A stretch of 29,430 bases of DNA from an uncultured Gemmatimonadales bacterium (GCA_964609635.1 CAZSTM010000001.1:1-29430); one strand, 5' to 3'; positions 16,325 to 25,442 are shown, counted from the first letter of the stretch. Notes: generated by a model from the sequence alone, not told the origin. A program made the numbers and translations.

Positions 16325-16471
16325 CTATTCCTGCCTTTCGGTATCGCTGTCGATTTTTGTCCGCCTTTCGTGCAGCAGTTGTTTGAATTCCTTGATCGGC
16401 ACGTAGATCCAGACGATCAGAATGACCAGGCCCAGCAACCATATACTCCAGGTTATCCAGTCGAAATCCAT
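16325..16471 (-). CDS. 48-aa single-pass membrane protein (not in the ORF track)
   Basis: Translated by hand as MDFDWITWSIWLLGLVILIVWIYVPIKEFKQLLHERRTKIDSDTERQE*; GGAG 8 nt upstream of ATG; stop lies 4 nt from the convergent gene's stop. Confidence 0.72.
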   Translation of the reverse strand: MDFDWITWSIWLLGLVILIVWIYVPIKEFKQLLHERRTKIDSDTERQE

Positions 16472-16748
16472 AAAAATCACTCCGTGCAAAGTTTGAGACT
16501 GAAGGTTGCCCCGGGTGCGATTAAAAGATATTCCGCCGCCTGATAATGTCCCGGCGGCAAAGCTGAATCCTCGATTTAATCTGTTTTAACGGGTCTGATT
16601 TCCCGCAGGGGCTACACCAGGTGTGTCGTTGTTTTGCCGGTACCATTCCCGAGATGTTTCCCGCTGAGCTGTTCGGGTTCAAGCTAATACCGGTTGAAAA
16701 TTAAAGCAAGTGTTTAACCTTCATCGCGGAGCTTGAATTTACAGTACC

Positions 16749-16779
16749 CCCGCCGGGCCGACCGCAAGGTTGCGGCGGG
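16749..16779 (+). other. GC-rich GNRA-capped hairpin in a divergent intergenic region
   Basis: CCCGCCG-(GGC)-CGACC-GCAA-GGTTG-CGGCGGG. Confidence 0.45.
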
Positions 16780-16884
16780 CGGCAAGGTAATCTTTGGTCT
16801 GGGCTTTGCCCGGGGCGTTCCGGCTTTGATCCGGGACATTTTCAGCTAAGAATATTTGGTAATATCAGCAAGGGAGAACCGGTT

Positions 16885-17559
16885 GTGATAAAGGCGGTGC
16901 TTTATGATCTGGATGGATTGATGGTGGATTCGGAAGCGATTCATGGCGAGGCTTCCGAGAAGGCTCTTAACGGTTACGGACACAGTCTCGAAGACCTGCC
17001 CTCCGAGTTGCGCCGGAATTTTTACGGTAAAAGGGTTGTGGATATCGCCGGCGAAATTATCGATTGCCTCAAACTCCCGGTGGCCCCTGAACAGTGGGCC
17101 GGAGAACGTCTGAAGATATTCATGCGGCTGATCGAGAAGGGGATCTCATTGATGCCCGGGGTGGAGCAATCGCTCGAGTTTTTCGACGGCAGAGGTATGA
17201 AAAAGGCCGTGGTCTCTTCCGGCGACAGGCAGTATGTCGAGCGGTTGCTGGAAATAACCGGAGTGACCGGCGTCTTTGATGCGGTGATAACCGGCGATGA
17301 TGTCGCTACCGGCAAACCCGACCCCCAGTGTTTTCTCATCGGGGCGCGCGCCCTGGAGATAGCACCGTCCAGCTCTCTGGTGCTCGAGGATGCTTATGCG
17401 GGAATCTGTGCCGCCCGGGCTGCGGGAATGAAAGTTATCGGCATCGAGAATAAATATAACCACAATTTCGACGGGGCCGATCTGGTCCTTGCATCTCTTG
17501 CCGAAATAAATGACCGGATTCTGAGTCTGCTGACAGATTTCGGCAAGGCAGCGGGGTAG
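16885..17559 (+). CDS. HAD-superfamily class IA (beta-PGM/CbbY-like) phosphatase
   Basis: Motif I 'YDLDGLMVDSE', motif II 'VVSSG', motif III 'KPDP' and motif IV 'LEDA..G'; GTG start with AGGGAG RBS. Confidence 0.9.
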   Translation: MIKAVLYDLDGLMVDSEAIHGEASEKALNGYGHSLEDLPSELRRNFYGKRVVDIAGEIIDCLKLPVAPEQWAGERLKIFMRLIEKGISLMPGVEQSLEFFDGRGMKKAVVSSGDRQYVERLLEITGVTGVFDAVITGDDVATGKPDPQCFLIGARALEIAPSSSLVLEDAYAGICAARAAGMKVIGIENKYNHNFDGADLVLASLAEINDRILSLLTDFGKAAG

Positions 17560-17703
17560 CTCATTCAATAAATCGTTGCTCTGTTCTATTTTGATCGATA
17601 TTTTCAGGCAGTAATTTCAGCCTTTTTCCGCATGTATGATACAAAAATATGTCACCGAACTTTCGCATCAGGGCACAGATTCTTCTTTTAAGGGAGCTCC
17701 AAA

Positions 17704-17865
17704 ATGCAAAAGTATGTCTGCAATGTTTGCGATTGGGTTTATGATCCCGCTGAGGGTGATCCGAGCCAGGGTATCGAGCCCGGGACCCCCTTCGAGGACC
17801 TGCCCGATGACTGGCTTTGCCCGGCCTGCGGTGTGGGTAAAGAGGATTTCAGCCCGCAGGATTGA
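17704..17865 (+). CDS. rub: Rubredoxin, 53 aa (not in the ORF track)
   Basis: [53 protein letters not shown] has two CxxC knuckles and the canonical rubredoxin sequence; AGGGAG RBS. Confidence 0.96.
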   Translation: MQKYVCNVCDWVYDPAEGDPSQGIEPGTPFEDLPDDWLCPACGVGKEDFSPQD

Positions 17866-17870
17866 TCGAT

Positions 17871-18977
17871 ATGGCTGATTCATTTGAACGGCGGATGATG
17901 GCCTGCGCCCTGGAGTTGGCGGCTCGGGCCCTGGGTAAAACCGTCCCCAATCCGATGGTCGGGGCGGTGGTGATCAAGAATGGCCGCGTGCTGGCCGAGG
18001 GTTACCACCGTGCCGCAGGGAAGGATCACGCGGAAGTGGTGGCCTTGAAAAAGGCCGGCCGCAGAGCTCGCGGGGCGACCCTGATAGTGACCCTCGAGCC
18101 GTGCGTTCACCAGGGCAGAACCGGCCCGTGTGTCGATGCACTCATCGCTGCCGGTATTGCCCGGGTGGTGGTCGCCATGCAGGACCCGAACCCGCTGGTG
18201 CACGGCAGAGGCATCCGCCGTCTGCGACAGGCGGGAATCGGGGTCGAGGTGGGGCTGCTGGGCGAACAGGCGAGACGTTTGAACGAAGTGTATATCCACC
18301 ACGTAACAACCGGCTTGCCCTTTGTCTGTGTCAAACTGGCTCAGAGTCTGGACGGGAAAATCGCCGCAAGGCCCGGAGTGCGCACGAAAATTACCTCTTC
18401 CCGGGCACTGCGGCTGACTCACCGCCTGCGCTCGCAGTACTCCTGTGTCCTGATCGGTGTCTCCACCGCCGTCGCCGATGACCCCATGCTTAACGTGCGC
18501 TTGGTTTCCGGAGCGCCGCAGCCCGTACGTGTGGTACTCGACCCCGCTTTGCGCATCGGACTCGATAGCCGGCTGGTCGCCACCGCCGGAACATATCCCA
18601 CGCTGTTAATCCATGATCCCGCCCGCTCGGCGAGAGAAAAAAGCGAGGCTCTTCTCCAGGCCGGAGTGGAGCTTAGGCCGCTGAAGAGCGGCACGGATGG
18701 TTTGTTTTCCGGGCCGGCCGTCTTGAAATCATTGGCCGAGCGGGGAGCCACCGGCGTTCTTATCGAGGGAGGCCGGTCGGTGGCCACCGGTTTCCTGCGG
18801 GAAAAACTGGTCCAACGTCTGCACCTTTTTATCTCGCCGCTGGTTTTCGGCGACCAAGAGGCCCTTCAGGCAATCGGAGAACTCGGCCTCGGAGCTCTCC
18901 GCCTTCACGGCCTCGAGCGCTCCTGCCTCGGCCCGGACACCTACCTTACCGGCCGGGTAATTTATCCGGATAGCTGA
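17871..18977 (+). CDS. ribD: Bifunctional diaminohydroxyphosphoribosylaminopyrimidine deaminase/reductase
   Basis: 'PNPMVGAV', 'HAE', 'TLEPCVHQGRTGPC', 'AQSLDGKIA' and 'LIEGG'. Confidence 0.96.
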   Translation: MADSFERRMMACALELAARALGKTVPNPMVGAVVIKNGRVLAEGYHRAAGKDHAEVVALKKAGRRARGATLIVTLEPCVHQGRTGPCVDALIAAGIARVVVAMQDPNPLVHGRGIRRLRQAGIGVEVGLLGEQARRLNEVYIHHVTTGLPFVCVKLAQSLDGKIAARPGVRTKITSSRALRLTHRLRSQYSCVLIGVSTAVADDPMLNVRLVSGAPQPVRVVLDPALRIGLDSRLVATAGTYPTLLIHDPARSAREKSEALLQAGVELRPLKSGTDGLFSGPAVLKSLAERGATGVLIEGGRSVATGFLREKLVQRLHLFISPLVFGDQEALQAIGELGLGALRLHGLERSCLGPDTYLTGRVIYPDS

Positions 18978-19054
18978 AAATCTTTGCCTTTACGCTTAAA
19001 ACAGTTTATTTTATTACAAACTATTCATGCCCGCAGTGCGAGCACTAAAAAACT

Positions 19055-19651
19055 ATGTTTACCGGAATAATCGAACATGTGGGCGCGGTTTCCGCTGTCG
19101 GGACTCTCGGCCGGGGCAAGACCCTCACCCTGGAAGTCGGCAGCCTGGCCGAAAGCATGAAACCCGGAGACTCCATTGCGGTCAACGGGGCATGCCTGAC
19201 GGTTACCGGGCTAGGAGGTACGGCCCTCGAGGTGGAGGCGGCTGCCGAGACCCTGTCAAAGACTAACCTGGGAAAGCTGGCTCCGGGAAGCCCGGTGAAC
19301 CTGGAACGCTCCCTGTCGGCGGACGCCAGGTTGCACGGACATCTGGTGCAGGGGCACGTGGATTGCACCACTGTGGTAACCGATCTGGTGAAAGGGCACG
19401 AGAGTGTGCTGGTCAGCTTCGCTCTGCCCGGTGAGCTGAAAAAATTCATTGTCCCGCAGGGATCGGTGGCGGTCGATGGGGTGAGCCTGACTGTGGCCCG
19501 GCTGGAAAGAGATATTTTTAGCTGTTCGCTGGTTGGCTTTACCCTGGAGCACACCACCCTCGGGAAAATAAAGGTGGGGACTGCGGTCAATATCGAAACC
19601 GACATAAACCGAAACAACGAGGCGGCCGCCCTGGAAAGACAGCAACTTTAA
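19055..19651 (+). CDS. ribE: Riboflavin synthase (alpha chain)
   Basis: 'MFTGIIE', 'GDSIAVNGACLTV', 'GHLVQGHVD' and 'GSVAVDGVSLTV'; divergent C-terminus. Confidence 0.93.
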   Translation: MFTGIIEHVGAVSAVGTLGRGKTLTLEVGSLAESMKPGDSIAVNGACLTVTGLGGTALEVEAAAETLSKTNLGKLAPGSPVNLERSLSADARLHGHLVQGHVDCTTVVTDLVKGHESVLVSFALPGELKKFIVPQGSVAVDGVSLTVARLERDIFSCSLVGFTLEHTTLGKIKVGTAVNIETDINRNNEAAALERQQL

Positions 19652-19739
19652 TCCTGTAACCTGAACCAACACGAGTTGCGCAACTGGGGTTACTGAACAC
19701 CGAGCGCGCTTATTGCCGCTGAAAGATGAGGAAGCTCAG

Positions 19740-21056
19740 ATGATAAAAGAGTATTATCAGATGGCCCCGATCGAGGAGATTATCGAACAGTTACGGCAGG
19801 GCAGGATGGTAATCCTGGTCGATGACGAGCGGCGGGAGAACGAGGGGGATTTTATTATAGCGGCCGAGAAGGTTACCCCGGAGGCGGTAAATTTCATGGC
19901 TCGCCACGGTGGGGGCCTTATCTGTGTCGCCCTGACCGAGAAGCGGGCCGACGAGATGATGCTCTCTCCGATGATAGGCTCCAACACCTCTCTTCACGGA
20001 ACCGAGTTCACGGTCAGCGTGGACCTCAAGGCCGGCACCTCGACCGGCATCTCGGCTTTTGACCGCACCGCTACCATCAAAGCCCTGGCGGACCCGCAGA
20101 CCCGGCCCGAGGACTTTGCACGGCCCGGACATGTTTTTCCTCTGCGCGCCAAAGACGGCGGGGTGTTGCGCCGGGCAGGCCACACCGAAGCAGCCGTGGA
20201 CCTGGCCCGCCTGGCCGGGTTGACCGAGGTCGGCGTGCTGTGTGAGATCATGGACGATGACGGGACAATGGCCCGCCTGCCGAAGCTCTTCGAGATCGCC
20301 GGTGAGTTCGGACTGTCGGTCACCAGCATCCAGGACCTCATCCGCTACCGGCAGAACAGGGAAAAAATCATCCATTGCACCGCCGAAACCGATCTGCCCA
20401 CTGCTTTCGGCAAGTTTAAATTGTACCTCTACGAAACGGAATACAATGATGAGGCCCATCTGGCGCTGGTCAACGGCAAGGTGGAAGGGAAGAAAGACGT
20501 GCTGGTGAGAGTCCACAGCTGTTGCCTGACCGGGGACACCCTGACCAGCCTGCGCTGCGATTGCCACGATCAACTATACACCGCCATGCAGATGATCCAG
20601 CAGGAGGGCTGCGGGGTTCTGGTCTACCTGAATCAGGAAGGACGGGGAATCGGACTGGCCAACAAGATCAAGGCCTATGCTCTTCAGGACAAGGGGCTGG
20701 ACACGGTGGACGCCAATATCGAGCTGGGTCTGGCGGTGGATGAGCGCGACTACGGGTTGGGAATCCAGATATTGAAAGACCTGGGCCTGACCAGTGTGCG
20801 CCTGATGACCAATAATCCGAAGAAACTCGACGCTTTCATTTACGACGGTTTCGGCCTCACGGTAAGCGACCAGGTCCCGATTGAAGTCGATCCCAACGAG
20901 TTCAACCGGAAATACCTGGAAACCAAAAGAGTGAAAATGGGACATACCCTGAGAAAGTCGGGAAAAAAGCCGGAGAGGGCTAAGGAACAACCACCGGGAA
21001 CGATTGCCGGGAAGAAACCGGGGATAAATCCTGAAAGGCCGCCCGTGAAAGAGTGA
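19740..21056 (+). CDS. ribBA: Bifunctional DHBP synthase / GTP cyclohydrolase II
   Basis: '[10 protein letters not shown]', 'RPGHVFPL', 'RAGHTEA', '[10 protein letters not shown]...RCDC', '[15 protein letters not shown]' and 'TNNPKK'; ATG at 19740 follows GAGGAAG. Confidence 0.96.
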   Translation: MIKEYYQMAPIEEIIEQLRQGRMVILVDDERRENEGDFIIAAEKVTPEAVNFMARHGGGLICVALTEKRADEMMLSPMIGSNTSLHGTEFTVSVDLKAGTSTGISAFDRTATIKALADPQTRPEDFARPGHVFPLRAKDGGVLRRAGHTEAAVDLARLAGLTEVGVLCEIMDDDGTMARLPKLFEIAGEFGLSVTSIQDLIRYRQNREKIIHCTAETDLPTAFGKFKLYLYETEYNDEAHLALVNGKVEGKKDVLVRVHSCCLTGDTLTSLRCDCHDQLYTAMQMIQQEGCGVLVYLNQEGRGIGLANKIKAYALQDKGLDTVDANIELGLAVDERDYGLGIQILKDLGLTSVRLMTNNPKKLDAFIYDGFGLTVSDQVPIEVDPNEFNRKYLETKRVKMGHTLRKSGKKPERAKEQPPGTIAGKKPGINPERPPVKE

Positions 21057-21079
21057 AACCCGCGGGAGGCGGTGAATGA

Positions 21080-21107
21080 AATCCCCTCTTGAGAAGGGTG
21101 CCCGCGT
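21080..21107 (+). repeat. REP-like palindromic intergenic element, copy 1
   Basis: AATCCCCTCTTGAGAAGGGTGCCCGCGT is 23/28 identical to 29352-29379. Confidence 0.6.
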
Positions 21108-21220
21108 CAGCGGGAGGGGTGTGTAATACCGATTTTTCTGTTTTGATTCCCGGGTTCTGTATCTAGAGCGCACCGGTAGGTAAATCTGACGGTTCTGAAA
21201 TCTGAACAGGAGGAAACTGG

Positions 21221-21691
21221 ATGCCTGAAATTATTGAAGGAAAATTTGATGGTTCCGGAAAGCGGGTGGCCCTGGTGGCCTCTCGCTTTAACGAGCTGGT
21301 TACCGGCCGTCTGGTCGAAGGCGCGCTGGATTGTCTTCAGCGGCACGGGGTCGGCGGGAACGACATCTCGATTTTCAAGGTCCCCGGTTCGTTCGAGATC
21401 AGCCCCTTTTGCCGGAAACTGGCAGGTTCCGGCAAGTATGACGGTGTTATTGCCCTGGGAGCGGTAATTCGTGGTGATACTCCCCATTTTGATTACGTGG
21501 CCGCCGAGGTGGCCAAGGGAGTGGCCCGGGCTGGTTTTGATTCGAAGGTACCGGTGATTTTCGGCGTGTTGACAACCGATACGCTGGAGCAGGCTCTCGA
21601 GCGGGCCGGGGCCAAGTCAGGCAACAAGGGAGCGGAAGCCGCCCTGACGGCCCTTGAGATGATGGATCTCTACTCCTCGAGCGGACTTTGA
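21221..21691 (+). CDS. ribH: 6,7-dimethyl-8-ribityllumazine synthase
   Basis: '[15 protein letters not shown]', 'VPGSFEI', '[15 protein letters not shown]' and '[12 protein letters not shown]'. Confidence 0.97.
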   Translation: MPEIIEGKFDGSGKRVALVASRFNELVTGRLVEGALDCLQRHGVGGNDISIFKVPGSFEISPFCRKLAGSGKYDGVIALGAVIRGDTPHFDYVAAEVAKGVARAGFDSKVPVIFGVLTTDTLEQALERAGAKSGNKGAEAALTALEMMDLYSSSGL

Positions 21692-21780
21692 AAAACTGAC
21701 CCTGAATCCCGGCCAACCTCGATTCGCCAGCAGGTAACCCGCCGTTTAAGCGGTCACTGCATCCTCGTGTATCCCAATTG

Positions 21781-22212
21781 ATGAGAAAGCGCACCAAGTG
21801 CAGGATCTGGGCCCTCCAATCTTTTTACAGCTGCCTGCTAACCGGCAAAGACACCGACCGGGCCCTCAGAGAGTTTTTTGAGCATCGAAGAATCGCTCCG
21901 CAAAACAGAGAGTTTACAGACAAACTGGTAAGACTGTTGTCCGACAACCTCGAAAAAGTGGATTCGCTGCTTGAAGAACATCTCGATAACTGGTCTCTCC
22001 AGAGACTCGCCGTGCTGGACAAGATTATGATACGCCTGGCAGTGGTGGAGTTCCTTTTCCTCGAGGATGTCCCTCCGAAAGTGACGATTAACGAATACGT
22101 ACAATTGGCCCATCAGTTCGGCACGGAGGATTCTCCTCGTTTTGTCAACGGTGTGCTGGATGCCGTGCTGAAAAGCCTGCCGCAAAGCGGTACGGCCGAT
22201 TCCTTGCATTGA
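21781..22212 (+). CDS. nusB: Transcription antitermination factor NusB
   Basis: 'R...R..ALQ..Y', 'NWSLQRL..LDK..IRLA..E', 'P.KV.INEYV.LA..FG...S..FVNGVLD'; conserved ribH-nusB order. Confidence 0.95.
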   Translation: MRKRTKCRIWALQSFYSCLLTGKDTDRALREFFEHRRIAPQNREFTDKLVRLLSDNLEKVDSLLEEHLDNWSLQRLAVLDKIMIRLAVVEFLFLEDVPPKVTINEYVQLAHQFGTEDSPRFVNGVLDAVLKSLPQSGTADSLH

Positions 22213-22258
22213 GACAGGGATTTAGCGATTTTAACAACCGGTTCCCCGGAGAGACGGC

Positions 22259-22984
22259 TTGCGCTATGGAATAATTTCCGATATCCACGGTAATTTTCAG
22301 GCCCTGGAGGCTGTCCTGAAGAGGATCGACGGGCTTGAAACCGACCGGATAATCTGTGTGGGCGATGTTGTGGGCTACGGCGCCGAACCCTCAGCCTGTA
22401 TCGAGCGGGTGCGCGACCGTTGCTCAACAGTGATTATGGGCAATCATGATGCTGCGGCGGTGGATTTGACCCCCGTGGCTTTTTTCAATCCGGTGGCCCG
22501 CGAAGCCGCTCTCTGGACCCGCTCGGTTTTAAGCGAGCAGGAGAAAGAATACCTCTGTCGGCTTCCCCTGACCGCGGACTTGGAAGAATTCGTAATAGTC
22601 CATTCATCTCCGGATGACCCGGAAAGCTGGCGCTACCTTCACTTCGGAGAAGAAGCCGAGGGCCAGTTCGATTATTTCGACTCCCGGCTGCTCTTTTTCG
22701 GCCATACTCATTACACCGTGGTTTTCGAGTTTTCCGGGAACACTGTTATCGAGCGCCCGGCAGTAAATTTCAAGTTGGAGCACCAAAGCCGCTACATGGT
22801 CAATGTCGGCAGCGTGGGCCAGCCCCGCGACGGTAACCCGGAGGCTTCGTTCGCAGTTTTTGATTCGCAGACAGAAGAAATCACCTTCTATCGGCAGCCG
22901 TACGATATAACCACCGCCGGCAAGCACATCCTGGAGGCCGGTTTGCCGCCTATGCTCGCCTCCCGCCTGGCTGTGGGCAGGTAG
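22259..22984 (+). CDS. Calcineurin-like metallophosphoesterase
   Basis: 'DIHGN', 'GDVVGYG', 'GNHD', 'GHTH' and 'NVGSVGQPRDG'; TTG start. Confidence 0.9.
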   Translation: MRYGIISDIHGNFQALEAVLKRIDGLETDRIICVGDVVGYGAEPSACIERVRDRCSTVIMGNHDAAAVDLTPVAFFNPVAREAALWTRSVLSEQEKEYLCRLPLTADLEEFVIVHSSPDDPESWRYLHFGEEAEGQFDYFDSRLLFFGHTHYTVVFEFSGNTVIERPAVNFKLEHQSRYMVNVGSVGQPRDGNPEASFAVFDSQTEEITFYRQPYDITTAGKHILEAGLPPMLASRLAVGR

Positions 22985-22987
22985 GGG

Positions 22988-24130
22988 ATGAAAGGTTCCA
23001 TGAAATACAACATACTTCTTGTCAACTGGCGCGACATAGACCATCCCGAAGCCGGAGGAGCCGAGGTGCACGCCCATGAAATCTTCCGCCGCCTGGCGGA
23101 GATGGGCCACCGGCTGAGTTTCCTCACCGCGGCCTGGCCGGGCTGTGAGCCGAAAGCCCGGATCGATGGTATAGACATCAGGCGCGTGGGGCGCAACCTG
23201 ACTTTCAACTACACCGCCGCCCGTCTGCTGCGCGGCGAACTGGCAGATCAGGGCTTTGACATCCTGGTAGAGGATGTGAACAAGATCCCTTTCTGCGGCC
23301 CCTGGGTCAGTAAATTGCCCCGGCTGATACTTTTCCACCACCTTTTCGGCCCGACCATTTTCCGCGAGGCCTCGCCTCCGGTGGCCGCCTATGTCTACCT
23401 CTGGGAACGAATGATTCCTTTTATTTACCGGAAAGAGCATGTCCAGGCGGTCTCGGTCGACACGGCCGAGGAGTTGATCGGTATGGGTTTTGACCGGAAA
23501 AAGATCAGGATTGTCTACAACGGGGTCGACAGCGGGCTTTACACCCCCCCGTCCGGGGAGAGCGAGCTTTCGGAAGAACCATACATCCTGTATATGGGCC
23601 GTGTCAAACGATACAAGCGCCTGGACCTGATCCTGGAAGCCTTTGCCATTGCAGCACGCTCGGGTCTCAACTTGCGGGTGCGCCTGGTTTTCGCCGGAGG
23701 GGGAGATGATTATCCGCGCCTGGAAAAACGGGCCGCCGCACTGGGTATCGCCTCCAGGTGCACCTTTTCGGGCCGGGTCTCCGAGGAGGAGAAGATAAAA
23801 CTACTGCGCCGTGCGCTGGTCGTGGCCAACCCCTCGCCCAAGGAGGGTTGGGGCATTACCAACATGGAAGCGGCCGCCTGCGGGACACCGGTGGTGGCCA
23901 GTCGCTCTCCGGGCCTGAGGGAATCGGTGCGGGACGGGGTTAGCGGATTCCTGTTCGAGCCCGGTGACGTGGAGGGTTTCGCCGGCAGGCTGCTGGCGGT
24001 GGCCGGGGATCGGCAGCTGCGGTCTAAACTTGGTGCCGGGGCGCGCGAATTCGCCTTGCAATTCAACTGGGATAAATCCGCCGAGCAGACCCTGGAATAT
24101 ATCTCGGACATCGTGGAGAAAAGAGTATGA
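22988..24130 (+). CDS. GT4 glycosyltransferase (NWRD..HP..GG-type)
   Basis: 'NWRDIDHPEAGGAE', 'YMGRVKRYKR' and the GT4 signature 'EGWGITNMEAAACGTPVV'. Confidence 0.92.
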   Translation: MKGSMKYNILLVNWRDIDHPEAGGAEVHAHEIFRRLAEMGHRLSFLTAAWPGCEPKARIDGIDIRRVGRNLTFNYTAARLLRGELADQGFDILVEDVNKIPFCGPWVSKLPRLILFHHLFGPTIFREASPPVAAYVYLWERMIPFIYRKEHVQAVSVDTAEELIGMGFDRKKIRIVYNGVDSGLYTPPSGESELSEEPYILYMGRVKRYKRLDLILEAFAIAARSGLNLRVRLVFAGGGDDYPRLEKRAAALGIASRCTFSGRVSEEEKIKLLRRALVVANPSPKEGWGITNMEAAACGTPVVASRSPGLRESVRDGVSGFLFEPGDVEGFAGRLLAVAGDRQLRSKLGAGAREFALQFNWDKSAEQTLEYISDIVEKRV

Positions 24131-25398
24131 GCCAGTCCCCGGACGGCAAAACTGAAGGACTGATCAAGCACGGCACCGTGCTGCTGGTGGCCACCGGGTT
24201 CACCGGCCTGAGTAATACGCTGTTCAACATTGCCATGGGACGAATGCTCAGTGTGGAGGATTTCGGCGACTACTACGGGCTGGTAGCCCTTTACATGATC
24301 CTGGTTCTACCCCTCGGAGCGGTGCAGACTGTCACTGCCCGCTATGTCTCCGCCCTTGAAAGCGGTCGTTTGCTGGGCCAGGTGGCCGCACTGTTGAGGA
24401 GGTCGCTGATCAAGCTGGGCAAGCTGGCCTTGGGCACTGTAATACTGTTTCTGGTTTTCGGGCCGTTTCTGAAAAACTATCTCAATGTCCAGAGCCTGGT
24501 CGCGGTCTATGCAATCGGCCTGGCCGTGGCCTTGGCCGTAGTCAGCCCCGTTTTCTGGGGTGCACTCCAGGGATTCCAGTACTTTTACCACTATGCCGCC
24601 AACCAGCTGGCCGCCACCCTGGCCAAGCTGGCCGGGGGAATTCTGTTGGTCTGGCTGGGTTTCGAGGTGGCCGGGGCGGTGGGTTCGCTGGTGCTCTTTC
24701 AGGCCGCCATCGTGCTGATAGCACTGTTTCCGCTTAAGATAATACTCTTCAAGCTTAGCGGGGGGGACCAGGGAGTGGACAGCCGTCCCCATTACCGCTT
24801 TTTCTGGCCCGTGTTGATCTCGCTGCTTGGTTTCGCGGTTTTCAGCCAGGCCGATGCCATTACGGCCAAGCACTTTTTTGACCGCTCCCTGGCCGGAGAG
24901 TATCATCTGGCGAAGATCGTGGGCAACGCTTTTCTTTTCGTGCCGATCGCCCTGAGCACGGTGATGTTTCCCAAAGTCAGCCAGCGCACGGCCTCAGGGC
25001 AGAAAGGTGCCTTGCAGCTGCTCAATACCACGCTAATCTATTGCGTCGCGCTCTGCGGGTTGGCTGTTCTAATCTGTGCCGTCGTACCGGAGATGATAAA
25101 GAACATATTGTTCCCGGAGGGCACTCAGGTGGCCCGGGAGTTGATTCGTATCTTCGGCCTGGGTGTCACCCCCGTGGCCCTGCTCTATATCCTGATTAAT
25201 TATCTGCTGGCCCGGGGCAGAAGCGGATTTCTCTATGTTTTGCTGCCGCTGGCCCTCTGCTATGTGATCACCCTGCAGCTGCTGCACACGGTACTGGTAA
25301 CCATAATCTGGGTCATGGCCTCTTTCGGCCTGGCCACTTTTGTCGTGCTTTATCTCATCGTGCTGCAAGGAGAGCGCTCGCATGAGGTATTGCAGTAG
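24127..25398 (+). CDS. Wzx/MOP-family oligosaccharide flippase
   Basis: About 12 hydrophobic segments; 'GRMLSVEDFGDY', 'WGALQGFQYF', 'AGEYHLA' and 'VMFPKVS'; ATGA overlap with the GT4 gene. Confidence 0.85.
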   Translation: MSQSPDGKTEGLIKHGTVLLVATGFTGLSNTLFNIAMGRMLSVEDFGDYYGLVALYMILVLPLGAVQTVTARYVSALESGRLLGQVAALLRRSLIKLGKLALGTVILFLVFGPFLKNYLNVQSLVAVYAIGLAVALAVVSPVFWGALQGFQYFYHYAANQLAATLAKLAGGILLVWLGFEVAGAVGSLVLFQAAIVLIALFPLKIILFKLSGGDQGVDSRPHYRFFWPVLISLLGFAVFSQADAITAKHFFDRSLAGEYHLAKIVGNAFLFVPIALSTVMFPKVSQRTASGQKGALQLLNTTLIYCVALCGLAVLICAVVPEMIKNILFPEGTQVARELIRIFGLGVTPVALLYILINYLLARGRSGFLYVLLPLALCYVITLQLLHTVLVTIIWVMASFGLATFVVLYLIVLQGERSHEVLQ

Positions 25399-25421
25399 GA
25401 TGCCGGATAGGGTAGCTGCTC

Positions 25422-25442
25422 AGGAGTCGGAAGTCAGAATAG
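25422..25442 (-). repeat. Second, short copy of the heptamer repeat (opposite orientation)
   Basis: AGGAGTC-GGAAGTC-AGAATAG; the reverse complements GACTCCT, GACTTCC and CTATTCT match the consensus of 12276-12317. Confidence 0.5.

Noticed and set aside
16259-16543. 94-aa minus-strand ORF in the track
   Set aside because: It overlaps the 15739-16320 gene and lacks an RBS; the 48-aa ORF in another frame (16325-16471) has a proper RBS and a TM segment.
17560-17870. Expected FMN riboswitch upstream of the rib genes
   Set aside because: No RFN core (AGGGCGGGGTG..AATTCCC.ACCGGCGGT) was seen; most of the space is the rubredoxin gene.
19607-19651. AAC-rich stretch suggesting a diversity-generating retroelement template or variable repeat
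   Set aside because: There is no reverse transcriptase or second repeat copy in the window, and not all inferred changes involve adenines.
20556-20567. CDCH in RibBA resembling a contracted heme motif
   Set aside because: These are the established zinc-binding cysteines of cytoplasmic GTP cyclohydrolase II, and the protein has no export signal.
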